Positions 32,139-39,366 of a stretch of 39,374 nucleotides of DNA are shown here, piece by piece; within the stretch, counting starts at the first letter, position 1; each line of letters begins with the position of its first letter. The stretch spans positions 1 to 39,374 of the IMG/VR virus record IMGVR_UViG_3300005515_000023, one strand, 5' to 3'. The DNA is from a virus. The notes beneath the pieces are model-generated. The model searched no databases. It saw only the letters and a program-made list of their open reading frames with translations, and was not told where the DNA came from. The position numbers and the translations under genes are program-made.

Positions 32139-33374
32139 ATGCTCACAGACACAAAAATCAGAGCCGCGAAGCCCAAGGAAAAGGGCTACAAGCTCACCGA
32201 TTCGGCCGGCCTGCATGTCTTTGTCAGCCCATCCGGCGGCAAACTCTGGCGCTACCGATACGAATTCCAGGGTAAGGAGAAGCTGCTCTCGCTTGGTCCA
32301 TACCCGGAAACTACCCTGCTTGATGCGCGCGCCGGGCGTGATGCCGCGCGGGCCATTCTGCGGGAGGGCCGTGACCCAGCTCTGGCAAAAAAGCAGAAGC
32401 GCCTCACCATCGCCAAGCAGACGACCGAGACCTTCAGGAAGGTCGCCGATGAATGGCAGGCAGCCAACCTCAAGCGCTGGTCCCCGGTCCATGCCGCTGA
32501 TGTGAAGCATCAGATCGAGCGCGACGTATACCCGGCTATCGGCGAATACCCGGTGCGGGACATTACCGTGCAGCAGGTCCTTCAGCTCTTGCGCGATATC
32601 GAGGCGAGGGGGGCGGTTGAGACCGCTCACCGAGCTCGTCAGCGCATCAGCTCGATTTTCACCTTCGCTATCGCTGCCGACAAGGCCAGCGCAAATCCTG
32701 CTCTCCTTGTGGGGGGCGCTCTCTCCGCCGTGGTGAAGGGCCGCCAGCCGGCGGTCACGGATCTCGACAAGGCCAAGAGGATTCTGGTCGATGTGGACGG
32801 GACGAACGGTCACATCGTTACGAAGCTCGCCATTCGCCTGCTGGCCATCACCGCAGTTCGGCCTGGTGTGATCGCCGGAGCGCCATGGTCCGAACTGCCG
32901 CCCGGGCAGACTATTTGGACGGTGCCGGCGAAGCGCATGAAGCTTCAGGTCGGCATGAAGAACGATGAGCGCCGTGATCATCTCGTTCCTCTGCCGAAGC
33001 AGGCGATTGAGCTGATCGAGTGCATTCGCACGATTACCGGTGACGGCCCGATGGTTTTCCCGAACCACCGCCACGCTCACAAGCCCATGAGCGAGAACGC
33101 CATGGCCTACATGCTGAACCGGGCGGGATATCATCATCGCCATGTTCCTCATGGCTGGCGCGCAACGTTTTCCACCATCATGAACGAGCGTTTCCCGGAC
33201 GATCGCGCCATCATTGATCTGATGCTCGCGCACACCCCGAAAGATGAGGTCGAGAGCGCTTATAACCGGGCAGCCTACCTCAAGCGCAGGACGGAACTTG
33301 CGCAGCTTTGGGCTGACCTCATCACCGATGGTCTGGCGGAGCCGGTCGCTCTCAAAACATTGCCGTTCCGATAG
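32139..33374 (+). CDS. int: Tyrosine integrase, P4/CP4-57 type (DUF4102 N-terminal domain)
   Basis: MLTDTKIRAAKPKEKGYKLTDSAGLHVFVSPSGGKLWRYRYEFQGKEKLLSLGPYP is the canonical DUF4102 arm-binding domain. C-terminal catalytic residues HGWRATF...LAHT...AY. Confidence 0.92.
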   Translation: MLTDTKIRAAKPKEKGYKLTDSAGLHVFVSPSGGKLWRYRYEFQGKEKLLSLGPYPETTLLDARAGRDAARAILREGRDPALAKKQKRLTIAKQTTETFRKVADEWQAANLKRWSPVHAADVKHQIERDVYPAIGEYPVRDITVQQVLQLLRDIEARGAVETAHRARQRISSIFTFAIAADKASANPALLVGGALSAVVKGRQPAVTDLDKAKRILVDVDGTNGHIVTKLAIRLLAITAVRPGVIAGAPWSELPPGQTIWTVPAKRMKLQVGMKNDERRDHLVPLPKQAIELIECIRTITGDGPMVFPNHRHAHKPMSENAMAYMLNRAGYHHRHVPHGWRATFSTIMNERFPDDRAIIDLMLAHTPKDEVESAYNRAAYLKRRTELAQLWADLITDGLAEPVALKTLPFR

Positions 33375-33376
33375 CA

Positions 33377-33586
33377 TCACGAGGCCTTCGCGAAGCCGGT
33401 TTCGTTCAGATTTGCGATCCACTGGTTGATGGCGGATTCGCGCCAGGCAATGGCGTTCCCCCCGAGAGAGACAGGGCGCGGGAAAGTCCGCTCTGTCACG
33501 CGGCGGTAGATCGTTGTGCGGCTGAGCCCAGTCTTGCTCTTGACCTCAGGCAGCCGAAGCAGGCGATCGTTCGGAGCTTGGTTCAT
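33377..33586 (-). CDS. xis: AlpA-family excisionase / transcriptional regulator
   Basis: LLRLPEVKSKTGLSRTTIYRRVTERTFPRPVSLGGNAIAWRESAINQWI is a textbook AlpA/Xis HTH. Convergent with int, with 2 nt between the stops. Confidence 0.85.
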   Translation of the reverse strand: MNQAPNDRLLRLPEVKSKTGLSRTTIYRRVTERTFPRPVSLGGNAIAWRESAINQWIANLNETGFAKAS

Positions 33587-33990
33587 CGCGACACCTCACC
33601 TGGTAGCCGACGCGGGGGAAGGGGATTGGACAACGGGGAAGACGCGCGCCGCTGCGGCGGCTGCTTGCGAAAGCGAGGGCCTGACAGCTTCGACCCGATC
33701 CCGCGATGCTTCGCCTCACGACGTTTGGCTTCCGCAATGACGGCCATGTCCTGAGCGGTCTTGCCGTCAGGTCCTCGGTGGCAGCAGTCCCGGCCAAGCA
33801 TCTTGCCATCGTCAGCCGTCAGCTTGCGGCTCTTGTCGAGGATAAGGGCCTCGGCAATGGTGTGATCGAACTCGATCGCCTTGCCAGTGACGTTGAGACC
33901 GCAGCCTTCGCAGAAGATGTTGCCCTTCGCGTCGGTAGCGCGACGGACCATCTCGGCTTTTTGAGCATTGCTGAACTCGCGGCGCTTCAT
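33583..33990 (-). CDS. HNH endonuclease
   Basis: CEGCG...EFDHTIAEAL...CCH pattern (CxxC, DH, downstream H). ATGA-coupled to xis. Confidence 0.7.
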   Translation of the reverse strand: MKRREFSNAQKAEMVRRATDAKGNIFCEGCGLNVTGKAIEFDHTIAEALILDKSRKLTADDGKMLGRDCCHRGPDGKTAQDMAVIAEAKRREAKHRGIGSKLSGPRFRKQPPQRRASSPLSNPLPPRRLPGEVSR

Positions 33991-34175
33991 CAGATCCCCC
34001 GAGCTTTAAGCGCGGCATCAAGAAGAGCACGGGCGGCTTCTACCTCTGACCGGCAGCCCTCCTGATATCCGTACTCTCTGATGCGCTGGACGAGTTCGCC
34101 GGGCAGCTCGTAGACCCGGCGCTCGGCCGGAACCGGAGGCGGTCGGACGTACTTGCGAGGAGTGTAGCCCTTCAT
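33990..34175 (-). CDS. Small protein, possibly ribbon-helix-helix
   Basis: Start MKGYTPRKY at 34175 (ATGA overlap). RVYELPGELVQRIREYGYQEG..SEVEAARALLDAAL resembles CopG/Arc-type RHH. Confidence 0.45.
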   Translation of the reverse strand: MKGYTPRKYVRPPPVPAERRVYELPGELVQRIREYGYQEGCRSEVEAARALLDAALKARGI

Positions 34176-34645
34176 CTCCGCCCCCTCTGCCAAGCGTAGT
34201 ACTCGGCATCGAGGGCGCGCCACTTGAACCCGCTATCCTGCGGAGATCGGTCGCTTGGCCCCTTTCCGATATCGGAACGGCTCGTGACGCCACACAGCCG
34301 ACGCACGGCAATCGCAACTCGATCCTGATTTTGATCAAGCTCGGAGATCCGCCCTGTCTCGGCCAAGAACCGTTCAAACTCCGGCTCCTGGCATCGCATT
34401 GCCGCCTGCTGCGCGAGCGGCAGATTGGTGAAGGGCGTGCGTTCCTTGACTTGCTCGGGTTTACCCCGCGCATTTTCGACAAGCCGCGCCAGCGCGATAT
34501 GCCCGCCGTGGCCCGGCATGCCGAGCGTATCGAACGCGTGCTGAGCCGCCTCCTCAGCTACTTCAATGACGAGCTGATAGACCTTGCGAGACGGGACGTG
34601 CTTGATCGTCGTGAACTCGCCAGAGATTGCAGCGGGGGCGCTCAT
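34172..34645 (-). CDS. Hypothetical protein coupled to ERF (recombination accessory?)
   Basis: ATGA-coupled on both sides. 157 aa. No domain recognised. Confidence 0.6.
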   Translation of the reverse strand: MSAPAAISGEFTTIKHVPSRKVYQLVIEVAEEAAQHAFDTLGMPGHGGHIALARLVENARGKPEQVKERTPFTNLPLAQQAAMRCQEPEFERFLAETGRISELDQNQDRVAIAVRRLCGVTSRSDIGKGPSDRSPQDSGFKWRALDAEYYAWQRGRR

Positions 34646-35316
34646 GCTGCTGCCTTCTCAGGAAGGCCGGAAGCGAGGCCGGCGACGTGCTGTTTGATGT
34701 CTTCGAACGCGTCTGGCGGCAGCATCGACTTGGCCTTGGGGATCTGGCCAGACCACCAAGACCGCAAGTCCTCTTGGTTGCTGGCTTTCGCCGCAGCTAT
34801 GCGAAGCGCCTTGTCGAGCAGGGCCGCGTCGCCTGAAAGAGGCGCTGCCGACGCAGGGAAGTTGCGCGAACCCGCGCCGGCAGCGATCCGGCCTTGCTGG
34901 GGCGCGGAACTGGAATTGCGATCGATAGCGGTCTCCGCATCGTCATCGACGGGAGGCAGGCCAAGCGAAGCCATCAGCGCATAGCGCTGCGCATAGGTGA
35001 GCGCAGAGCCTGCGCCCTGCGGATCATGCTTCCCGAGAGGGATTTCCATATCACTGGAAATCCACTGCCCCGAGGCGGCATGCATCAGCAGGGTGGTCAT
35101 TCCGATATTGCCGGCGTTGATCTTGCCGGGAGCCTGCATCCACGAAATGCCGACGCGCTGGAGAACCGGGCGCGCCTCGTCCACCACAGCCTCAAGCGAG
35201 GCATAGCGGTTCTTGAAGTGCGGGTTCTGGCTGTCCTTGACGACGCCAGTGGCCTCAGCCTGGAATGCGAGCAGGGCCTTGGCGATCTCGGTGATCTCTG
35301 TGCTCTTCTCAATCAT
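34642..35316 (-). CDS. erf: ERF-family single-strand annealing recombinase
   Basis: IAKALLAFQAE...KDSQNPHFKNRYASLEAVVDEARPVLQRVGI...GAGSALTYAQRYALMASLGL matches the ERF (P22 Erf) family pattern. Confidence 0.85.
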   Translation of the reverse strand: MIEKSTEITEIAKALLAFQAEATGVVKDSQNPHFKNRYASLEAVVDEARPVLQRVGISWMQAPGKINAGNIGMTTLLMHAASGQWISSDMEIPLGKHDPQGAGSALTYAQRYALMASLGLPPVDDDAETAIDRNSSSAPQQGRIAAGAGSRNFPASAAPLSGDAALLDKALRIAAAKASNQEDLRSWWSGQIPKAKSMLPPDAFEDIKQHVAGLASGLPEKAAA

Positions 35317-35533
35317 CGCTAGCCTCTTTCGGCATCCTACGGGGCGTCCAATCGGGGCAATCGCCGTCCAGATTGATGCGCTTGCATTCGTGATAGGGCG
35401 GCGACGGCCGCCAGTCGGGATCTACAAAGCCGCCGAACGGCTCTGCCGGGTTCGCCATGCACCGCCAGCGGTAGGGGGCGTGCTGCCGCGTATCGGGGTG
35501 AACCAGATCGCAGTCTCGGCAGAGGGTGGTCAT
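35309..35533 (-). CDS. Small Cys-rich protein
   Basis: Start MTTLCRDCDLVH at 35533 (ATGA overlap). Contains CxxC ... C ... C ... C. Confidence 0.5.
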   Translation of the reverse strand: MTTLCRDCDLVHPDTRQHAPYRWRCMANPAEPFGGFVDPDWRPSPPYHECKRINLDGDCPDWTPRRMPKEASDD

Positions 35534-35772
35534 TCGTCGCGAGCCTTTCGGTCGCGCTCCGATCGAGCCCAAGCCATGAACTCTTCGAAGTTGTCAGGCT
35601 CAGCTTGAACCTTTTGGCGAAAGTCATCATCGAGGCGCTCCCAAAAAAGCTCCTCCAGGAATTGATCGGAATCGTCGCCTTCGAAATCGTCCGCAGAGAT
35701 CGAGAGCTCCTGCGGCCTCGATCTCCCGACATATCCATCAGCAGCCTGCCATTTGACGCTGAACTTGCTCAC
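35530..35772 (-). CDS. Small strongly acidic protein
   Basis: 80 aa with 22 D/E by my count, e.g. DDFEGDDSDQFLEELFWERLDDDF. GC3-rich frame. Confidence 0.55.
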   Translation of the reverse strand: MSKFSVKWQAADGYVGRSRPQELSISADDFEGDDSDQFLEELFWERLDDDFRQKVQAEPDNFEEFMAWARSERDRKARDE

Positions 35773-35777
35773 CGCCC

Positions 35778-36029
35778 TTACTCCGCCGCTTCCAACAGGA
35801 AAGGCTTGGCGATGGGAGCCGCGGCAGCAGAGCGAAGCGCCTTCGCCGTGATCTCCAGCTCGGCAGCGAGCTCGTTGATCTTCTTCCGGTCGGCTGGAAC
35901 GAGATCGACCTGACGAGCAGCGCAGATCAGGTAGTTGGCTGCGCTCGATGCGGCCCAGATCGGCTGAGATGCCATGTCGAGCGCGGTCTTGAGAGACCCG
36001 GCCCTGTAATCGCGCATATAGTCGCTCAT
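35778..36029 (-). CDS. Hypothetical protein
   Basis: Start MSDYMRDY at 36029 (ATGA overlap), not the track start 36203, whose N-terminus is P/R/S-rich junk. Confidence 0.5.
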   Translation of the reverse strand: MSDYMRDYRAGSLKTALDMASQPIWAASSAANYLICAARQVDLVPADRKKINELAAELEITAKALRSAAAAPIAKPFLLEAAE

Positions 36030-36238
36030 GCGATCCTCCTGCGCTCCAGTCGGAGCAGTTCGACGGTGATTTGTTGAAGCTGGGCGTAGAGGTGACGCAC
36101 CTTGCGGTGATTGCCCTTTTCGACGCGGATGCGGTGGATCAGTTCGAACCGCTTGGCTTTGAGCTGATTGGCTCGCCGCTTCGTCGGGCGGGTGGCGATC
36201 CACTCGATGATCGCGCGGATGATGCGGCGGTCGATCAT
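36026..36238 (-). CDS. Small basic helical protein
   Basis: ATG 36238 is preceded by GGAG. R/K-rich (RPTKRRANQLKAKRFELIHRIRVEKGNHRKVRHL). Confidence 0.5.
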   Translation of the reverse strand: MIDRRIIRAIIEWIATRPTKRRANQLKAKRFELIHRIRVEKGNHRKVRHLYAQLQQITVELLRLERRRIA

Positions 36239-36250
36239 CACACGCTCCAA

Positions 36251-36388
36251 TCAGAAGAGAGAGGCCACGCCGTAGCCGTAGATGCCCACCAGAAAGGCGG
36301 CGTAGACAGCGAGGGCGATGAGGGTGTTACGCGCGAGAGGAGCCGCGGAGACAGGCTCAGGCGCTGGGATATAGACGCGGCGGATCAC
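36251..36388 (-). CDS. Possible 45-aa single-TM micro-protein
   Basis: GTG start overlapping the upstream stop (GTGA). ...NTLIALAVYAAFLVGIYGYGVASLF. Below the track cutoff. Confidence 0.3.
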   Translation of the reverse strand: MIRRVYIPAPEPVSAAPLARNTLIALAVYAAFLVGIYGYGVASLF

Positions 36389-36576
36389 TGGCCTGCCTCC
36401 CGAAGCTTCTGCTCAGGCGAGCGACGATCGGCCAGCCAATCGCTCGGCATCGGCGGATCTACCTTCTCGCGGAGAGGGGTGACGCGGGGATAGGCGATCA
36501 GGCTGGCGACCCAAGTGAGGGCGCAGATGACACTGACCGCGAAGCTGATGAGGACAGCGCGCTCGTAGGGGCTCAT
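36385..36576 (-). CDS. Small membrane protein (1 TM)
   Basis: Start MSPYERAV at 36576 (GGAGGCG RBS, 1 nt after the upstream stop). TM LISFAVSVICALTWVASLIA. Confidence 0.5.
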   Translation of the reverse strand: MSPYERAVLISFAVSVICALTWVASLIAYPRVTPLREKVDPPMPSDWLADRRSPEQKLREAGQ

Positions 36577-36577
36577 G

Positions 36578-36844
36578 TCACTCGCCTCCGGCTTTGGAGC
36601 GTTCGGCGAGTAGGGCATCCGCTAGGGCATAAGCCTCTCGCGCGGCGCAGTTGTTTCTATCCTCGAACCCCGGCCCGACCATTCCGCACTTTGGGTGAGC
36701 CATGAGCCCGGCCAGAGCCTGCCCCGCGAACCAGTCGCGCAGAGACATGCCTTGGGCATATTCAGTGCCGACGTAGTGATTGCCGCCGTCGTATCTGCGC
36801 GTTCCATAAGGGAACGCTGGACCGCCATTTGTGATATCGGCCAT
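36578..36844 (-). CDS. Hypothetical phage protein (GGPAFP...GMSLRDWFAGQAL family)
   Basis: This N-terminal motif pair recurs in many phage early-region proteins of unknown function, as I recall. Confidence 0.6.
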   Translation of the reverse strand: MADITNGGPAFPYGTRRYDGGNHYVGTEYAQGMSLRDWFAGQALAGLMAHPKCGMVGPGFEDRNNCAAREAYALADALLAERSKAGGE

Positions 36845-36848
36845 CGAC

Positions 36849-37181
36849 CTACTCCGCAGCTGACAGGAACTGCACGCCCCACTCAGCCCGATCGTCCTCG
36901 CGGCTTTCGTCGCGGGCGTTCAGGGCGTCGATGTAGGCTTGGCGAACGAGAGAGCGATGCTTGGCGCCGCGCGGCCGAGGAGCGGTGTCGTCGTCCACCC
37001 ACTCCTGAACGAGAGCGAAGGCGGCCTTGGACACGCCAGAGCCGCAGCTCTCGGCATCGATCAGACGGAAGCTGAAGCCCAGATCATCGGTTGAGAGCTT
37101 GAGGAGCCAGCTGCCAGACAGGGCAAAGGAGCCGAAATCAAGCTCAATCCCGAAGTCGTGGCTGAAGTCGAAGGCGGCCAT
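36849..37181 (-). CDS. Hypothetical acidic protein
   Basis: 110 aa with GC3-rich frame. Second gene of the leftward operon. Confidence 0.55.
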   Translation of the reverse strand: MAAFDFSHDFGIELDFGSFALSGSWLLKLSTDDLGFSFRLIDAESCGSGVSKAAFALVQEWVDDDTAPRPRGAKHRSLVRQAYIDALNARDESREDDRAEWGVQFLSAAE

Positions 37182-37183
37182 GG

Positions 37184-37492
37184 TCAGCGAGCCTCCGAGA
37201 GGGAGGCGCGACGCAGGGCATCCTTGAACGCAAGCTTGGTGCTGGCGATCTCCTGTTCACTCCCCGTCGCATCGACAGCAATCGTCGCCAGACGGAGAGC
37301 TTCCTCGACAAGGGGGAGCCGGCCAATACGATTGGCAATCGCCTTGTCGGCACACAAGGCAATGTCAGGGCCATCGCGCATCACCTCCAGCGCGGAAATG
37401 GCCCCCGTCCTGACGTAGAAGGCCGGCTCGTTGTCGAACGATGAGCCGATCTCTCCGACAATCCATTTTTCGGCAGGCTTCGTCTCGCTCAT
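37184..37492 (-). CDS. Hypothetical protein, first gene of the leftward (PL) operon
   Basis: GGAGAGCGAG RBS upstream of ATG 37492, about 40 nt downstream of the PL -10. Not Arg-rich, so not obviously N-like. Confidence 0.6.
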   Translation of the reverse strand: MSETKPAEKWIVGEIGSSFDNEPAFYVRTGAISALEVMRDGPDIALCADKAIANRIGRLPLVEEALRLATIAVDATGSEQEIASTKLAFKDALRRASLSEAR

Positions 37493-37536
37493 CTCGCTCT
37501 CCGGTCCAGAGCCTTAGCTCGGTGGGTGTGAGAGCG

Positions 37537-37565
37537 GTTATAACTTTAGTGTTTTAGAGCGTCAA
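37537..37565 (-). promoter_or_regulatory. Candidate PL promoter TTGACG-N17-TATAAC with operator-like elements
   Basis: On the minus strand: TTGACG (37565..37560), 17-nt spacer, TATAAC (37542..37537). The -10 lies in the palindrome GTTATAAC. The spacer holds the 10-mer AACTTTAGTG (37542..37551), which also occurs in OR. Confidence 0.55.
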
Positions 37566-37588
37566 CAACTTTTGTTATCGCAACGAAT

Positions 37589-37626
37589 AAAAAAATGCCC
37601 GCGCTTATGGCGGGCGGCGTTTTCTT
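37589..37626 (-). terminator. Intrinsic terminator after cI (potentially bidirectional)
   Basis: GCCCGC-gcttatg-GCGGGC (37597..37615), flanked by AAAAAAA on one side and GGCGTTTTCTT on the other. On the minus strand the stem is followed by ATTTTTTT. Confidence 0.75.
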
Positions 37627-37627
37627 G

Positions 37628-38284
37628 TTATGTGCCAAACAGTTCGTTGATCGTGAACACCCTATGGATGCTCTTTATCCGGGCTGTCTCGATCTCGATA
37701 TCGCAGTCCGGATTGAACTGGTGGAGCTTCACGACTGTCGCGCCCCTTCTTACCAGACGCTTAATGAACCCTTTCCCGGGTACCCCATCTTCCTCAGGGT
37801 GCAGCTCGACTACGACGTAGTCCCCAATGGCCGCTGGCCTCAGTGCAGAGACGTAGAGCATATCGTTCGGGTCGAAACGGGGCGACATGCTGTCGCTCGT
37901 CACGTAGACCGCGTAGACGCCATTAGTCTTAGCTAGCCCCGGAGGGCGCCGGACGTACTCAGATACAGATCCATTAAACGAAAAGTCTGCGTCGCTTCCT
38001 CCCACAGCTACCCCCTTAACGGGAATGTCCAGCGGCATTGACTGCCTCTGAAGCGCCAGGTCGGTGGAGGCTTCCTCTGCGGGTGCTTCCGGCTGGCTTC
38101 CCACCGGGATATTGAGCAGGCGCATGATCTCGGGCAACCACTTTGATTTGGTCGTCTCGCCGCTTTCAATCTTGGCGATTGCAGCCTGAGATATACCTAC
38201 CCCGCGCGCGAGGTCGGATTGCGACATCCCTCGCGCTTCGCGTTCAGATCTGATTCGGTCACCTAACGGCATATCGCCGTCCAT
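37628..38284 (-). CDS. cI: cI-type repressor (XRE-family HTH + S24 LexA-like peptidase domain)
   Basis: GMSQSDLARGVGISQAAIAKIESGETT (HTH_3). C-terminal VTSDSMSPRF (Ser) and GFIKRLV (Lys) give the S24 autoprotease dyad. Start set at MDGDMPLG (38284); the track start 38413 would overlap cro. Confidence 0.88.
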   Translation of the reverse strand: MDGDMPLGDRIRSEREARGMSQSDLARGVGISQAAIAKIESGETTKSKWLPEIMRLLNIPVGSQPEAPAEEASTDLALQRQSMPLDIPVKGVAVGGSDADFSFNGSVSEYVRRPPGLAKTNGVYAVYVTSDSMSPRFDPNDMLYVSALRPAAIGDYVVVELHPEEDGVPGKGFIKRLVRRGATVVKLHQFNPDCDIEIETARIKSIHRVFTINELFGT

Positions 38285-38363
38285 AACCGGAGTTATGGCG
38301 CTTGTCGCGAAAACTTTAGTGGTTGCAGTTCCATAACTTCTGTTGTATTTCGTTGTTATGGAC
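38279..38363. promoter_or_regulatory. Divergent control region (OR) with four CCATAAC/GTTATGG half-sites
   Basis: CCATAAC at 38281 and 38331; GTTATGG at 38292 and 38355. The outermost copies extend to a 9-bp inverted repeat, GTCCATAAC (38279..87) / GTTATGGAC (38355..63), that contains the ATGs of cI and cro. The 10-mer AACTTTAGTG at 38312..21 is shared with OL. Confidence 0.6.
38323..38351 (+). promoter_or_regulatory. Candidate PR promoter TTGCAG-N17-TATTTC
   Basis: Hexamers at 38323..28 and 38346..51. The cro ATG is only 6 nt after the -10 and no SD is visible, which suggests a leaderless transcript. Confidence 0.35.
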
Positions 38364-38591
38364 ACTCGCTCACTCCTGATTTCGGCCATCCAAGATGCCG
38401 GTTCCGAGGCCAAGCTTGCCGCGAAAGCGGGGTGCTCTCAGGTCGCCATCAACAAGGCCAAAAAAGCCGGGCGCGTATCGCCCGCCATGGCAGTCATGCT
38501 GGAGCGCGCTACCAGCCACGGCCGTCACGTCTGGCGCCCTGACCTTTGGCCTGTCGCAGTCCCTTCCGACGAAATGCGGAGGGCTGGGTGA
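38358..38591 (+). CDS. cro: Cro-like / YdaS-type small DNA-binding protein
   Basis: LLISAIQDAGSEAKLAAKAGCSQVAINKAKKAGRVSPAMAVMLERAT is the Cro/YdaS-type HTH. Divergent from cI. An alternative TTG start is at 38343. Confidence 0.75.
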   Translation: MDTRSLLISAIQDAGSEAKLAAKAGCSQVAINKAKKAGRVSPAMAVMLERATSHGRHVWRPDLWPVAVPSDEMRRAG

Positions 38592-39157
38592 TGACCGTCG
38601 TGGCGTCTGGGTACGAACGTCAGGTCAATGACCTGTACGAAACTCCTGAGTGGGTGACGCAGGCATTGATCCGCGCGATCGGGTTCAACCCCGATCGAGA
38701 CGTTGTCTGGGAACCGTCCGCTGGCAACCACAAAATCGCGGATGTGCTCAAGGCTGCTGGGATGTCTGTCCGCACCAGCGATATCGCGACTTACAGCCGA
38801 GAACATGACGCTACCTTCGATTTCCTTGGGAACGAGAGCATCAACTTCGGAGCGCGGCATCTTGTCACCAATCCACCCTACGGCAAGGGGAACCGCGACG
38901 CCGTCAAGTTCGCTCATCGTGCCCTCTGGCGGTGCAATGGCATCGTCGCGCTGTTGCTCACCGCCAAGTTCGATTTCGGCAAGACCAGAGCCGATCTGTT
39001 CCGCGACAACCCTCGTTTCCTTGCCAAGATCGCATTGCTCGATCGTATCCAGTGGTTTGAAGGCGAGCATGGGTCGACCGAGGACCACGCGTGGTTCGTG
39101 TGGGGCGCCGCCGATAGGCGACATGAGCCCCGGCTACTCTGGGAAGCGCGCAAGTAA
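38591..39157 (+). CDS. Orphan N6-adenine DNA methyltransferase (minimal, 188 aa)
   Basis: Start MTVVASG (TGATG overlap with the cro stop). SAM motif I-like VWEPSAGNHKIA and catalytic motif IV LVTNPPYG. No adjacent restriction gene. Confidence 0.75.
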   Translation: MTVVASGYERQVNDLYETPEWVTQALIRAIGFNPDRDVVWEPSAGNHKIADVLKAAGMSVRTSDIATYSREHDATFDFLGNESINFGARHLVTNPPYGKGNRDAVKFAHRALWRCNGIVALLLTAKFDFGKTRADLFRDNPRFLAKIALLDRIQWFEGEHGSTEDHAWFVWGAADRRHEPRLLWEARK

Positions 39158-39174
39158 TGCCGCGCCTTTCCCTC

Positions 39175-39366
39175 TCACCCCCTTTGGCCGCCCGGACGGC
39201 CCGTCAGTGCCCTGTCTCCTCCCTTCGGGTGCACGACAAAGCGACGCGCTGGGATAGCCACGTCGGCTCCGGGCCTTCCACCCGCGAGGCTTGTTCCTCC
39301 CTTGCCGTCTCGCGGCATCCTGCCGGGGCTCGGCTCATCGCCGGCCCCGGCCTTTCTCTTGTCCAT
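39175..39366 (-). CDS. Doubtful minus-strand ORF; in the circular molecule extends to an ATG at 84..86 (81 aa)
   Basis: Across the junction it reads MVRLDVLVRQVLADAREKMDKRKAGAG..., preceded by GGGGGGAG. The body is G/P/R-rich with many AGA/AGG/GGA codons atypical for this genome. Confidence 0.2.
   Translation of the reverse strand: MDKRKAGAGDEPSPGRMPRDGKGGTSLAGGRPGADVAIPARRFVVHPKGGDRALTGRPGGQRG
39186..39360 (+). ncRNA. Candidate structured RNA / sRNA with anti-SD (CCUCCC) loop motifs
   Basis: Four consecutive hairpins. 39186..39201. 39207..39234 (loop UGUCUCCUCCCUUC). 39282..39315 (stem CCGCGAG/CUCGCGG, loop with UUCCUCCCUU). 39322..39351 (GCCGGGGC/GCCCCGGC) followed by CUUUCUCUU. Confidence 0.3.

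Noticed and set aside
31746-33422. 558-aa minus-strand ORF, the longest ORF in this region
   Set aside because: It is exactly antisense to the clearly recognisable tyrosine integrase (32139..33374). The product is R/G/P/L-rich with no motifs. This is a typical GC-rich antisense artefact.
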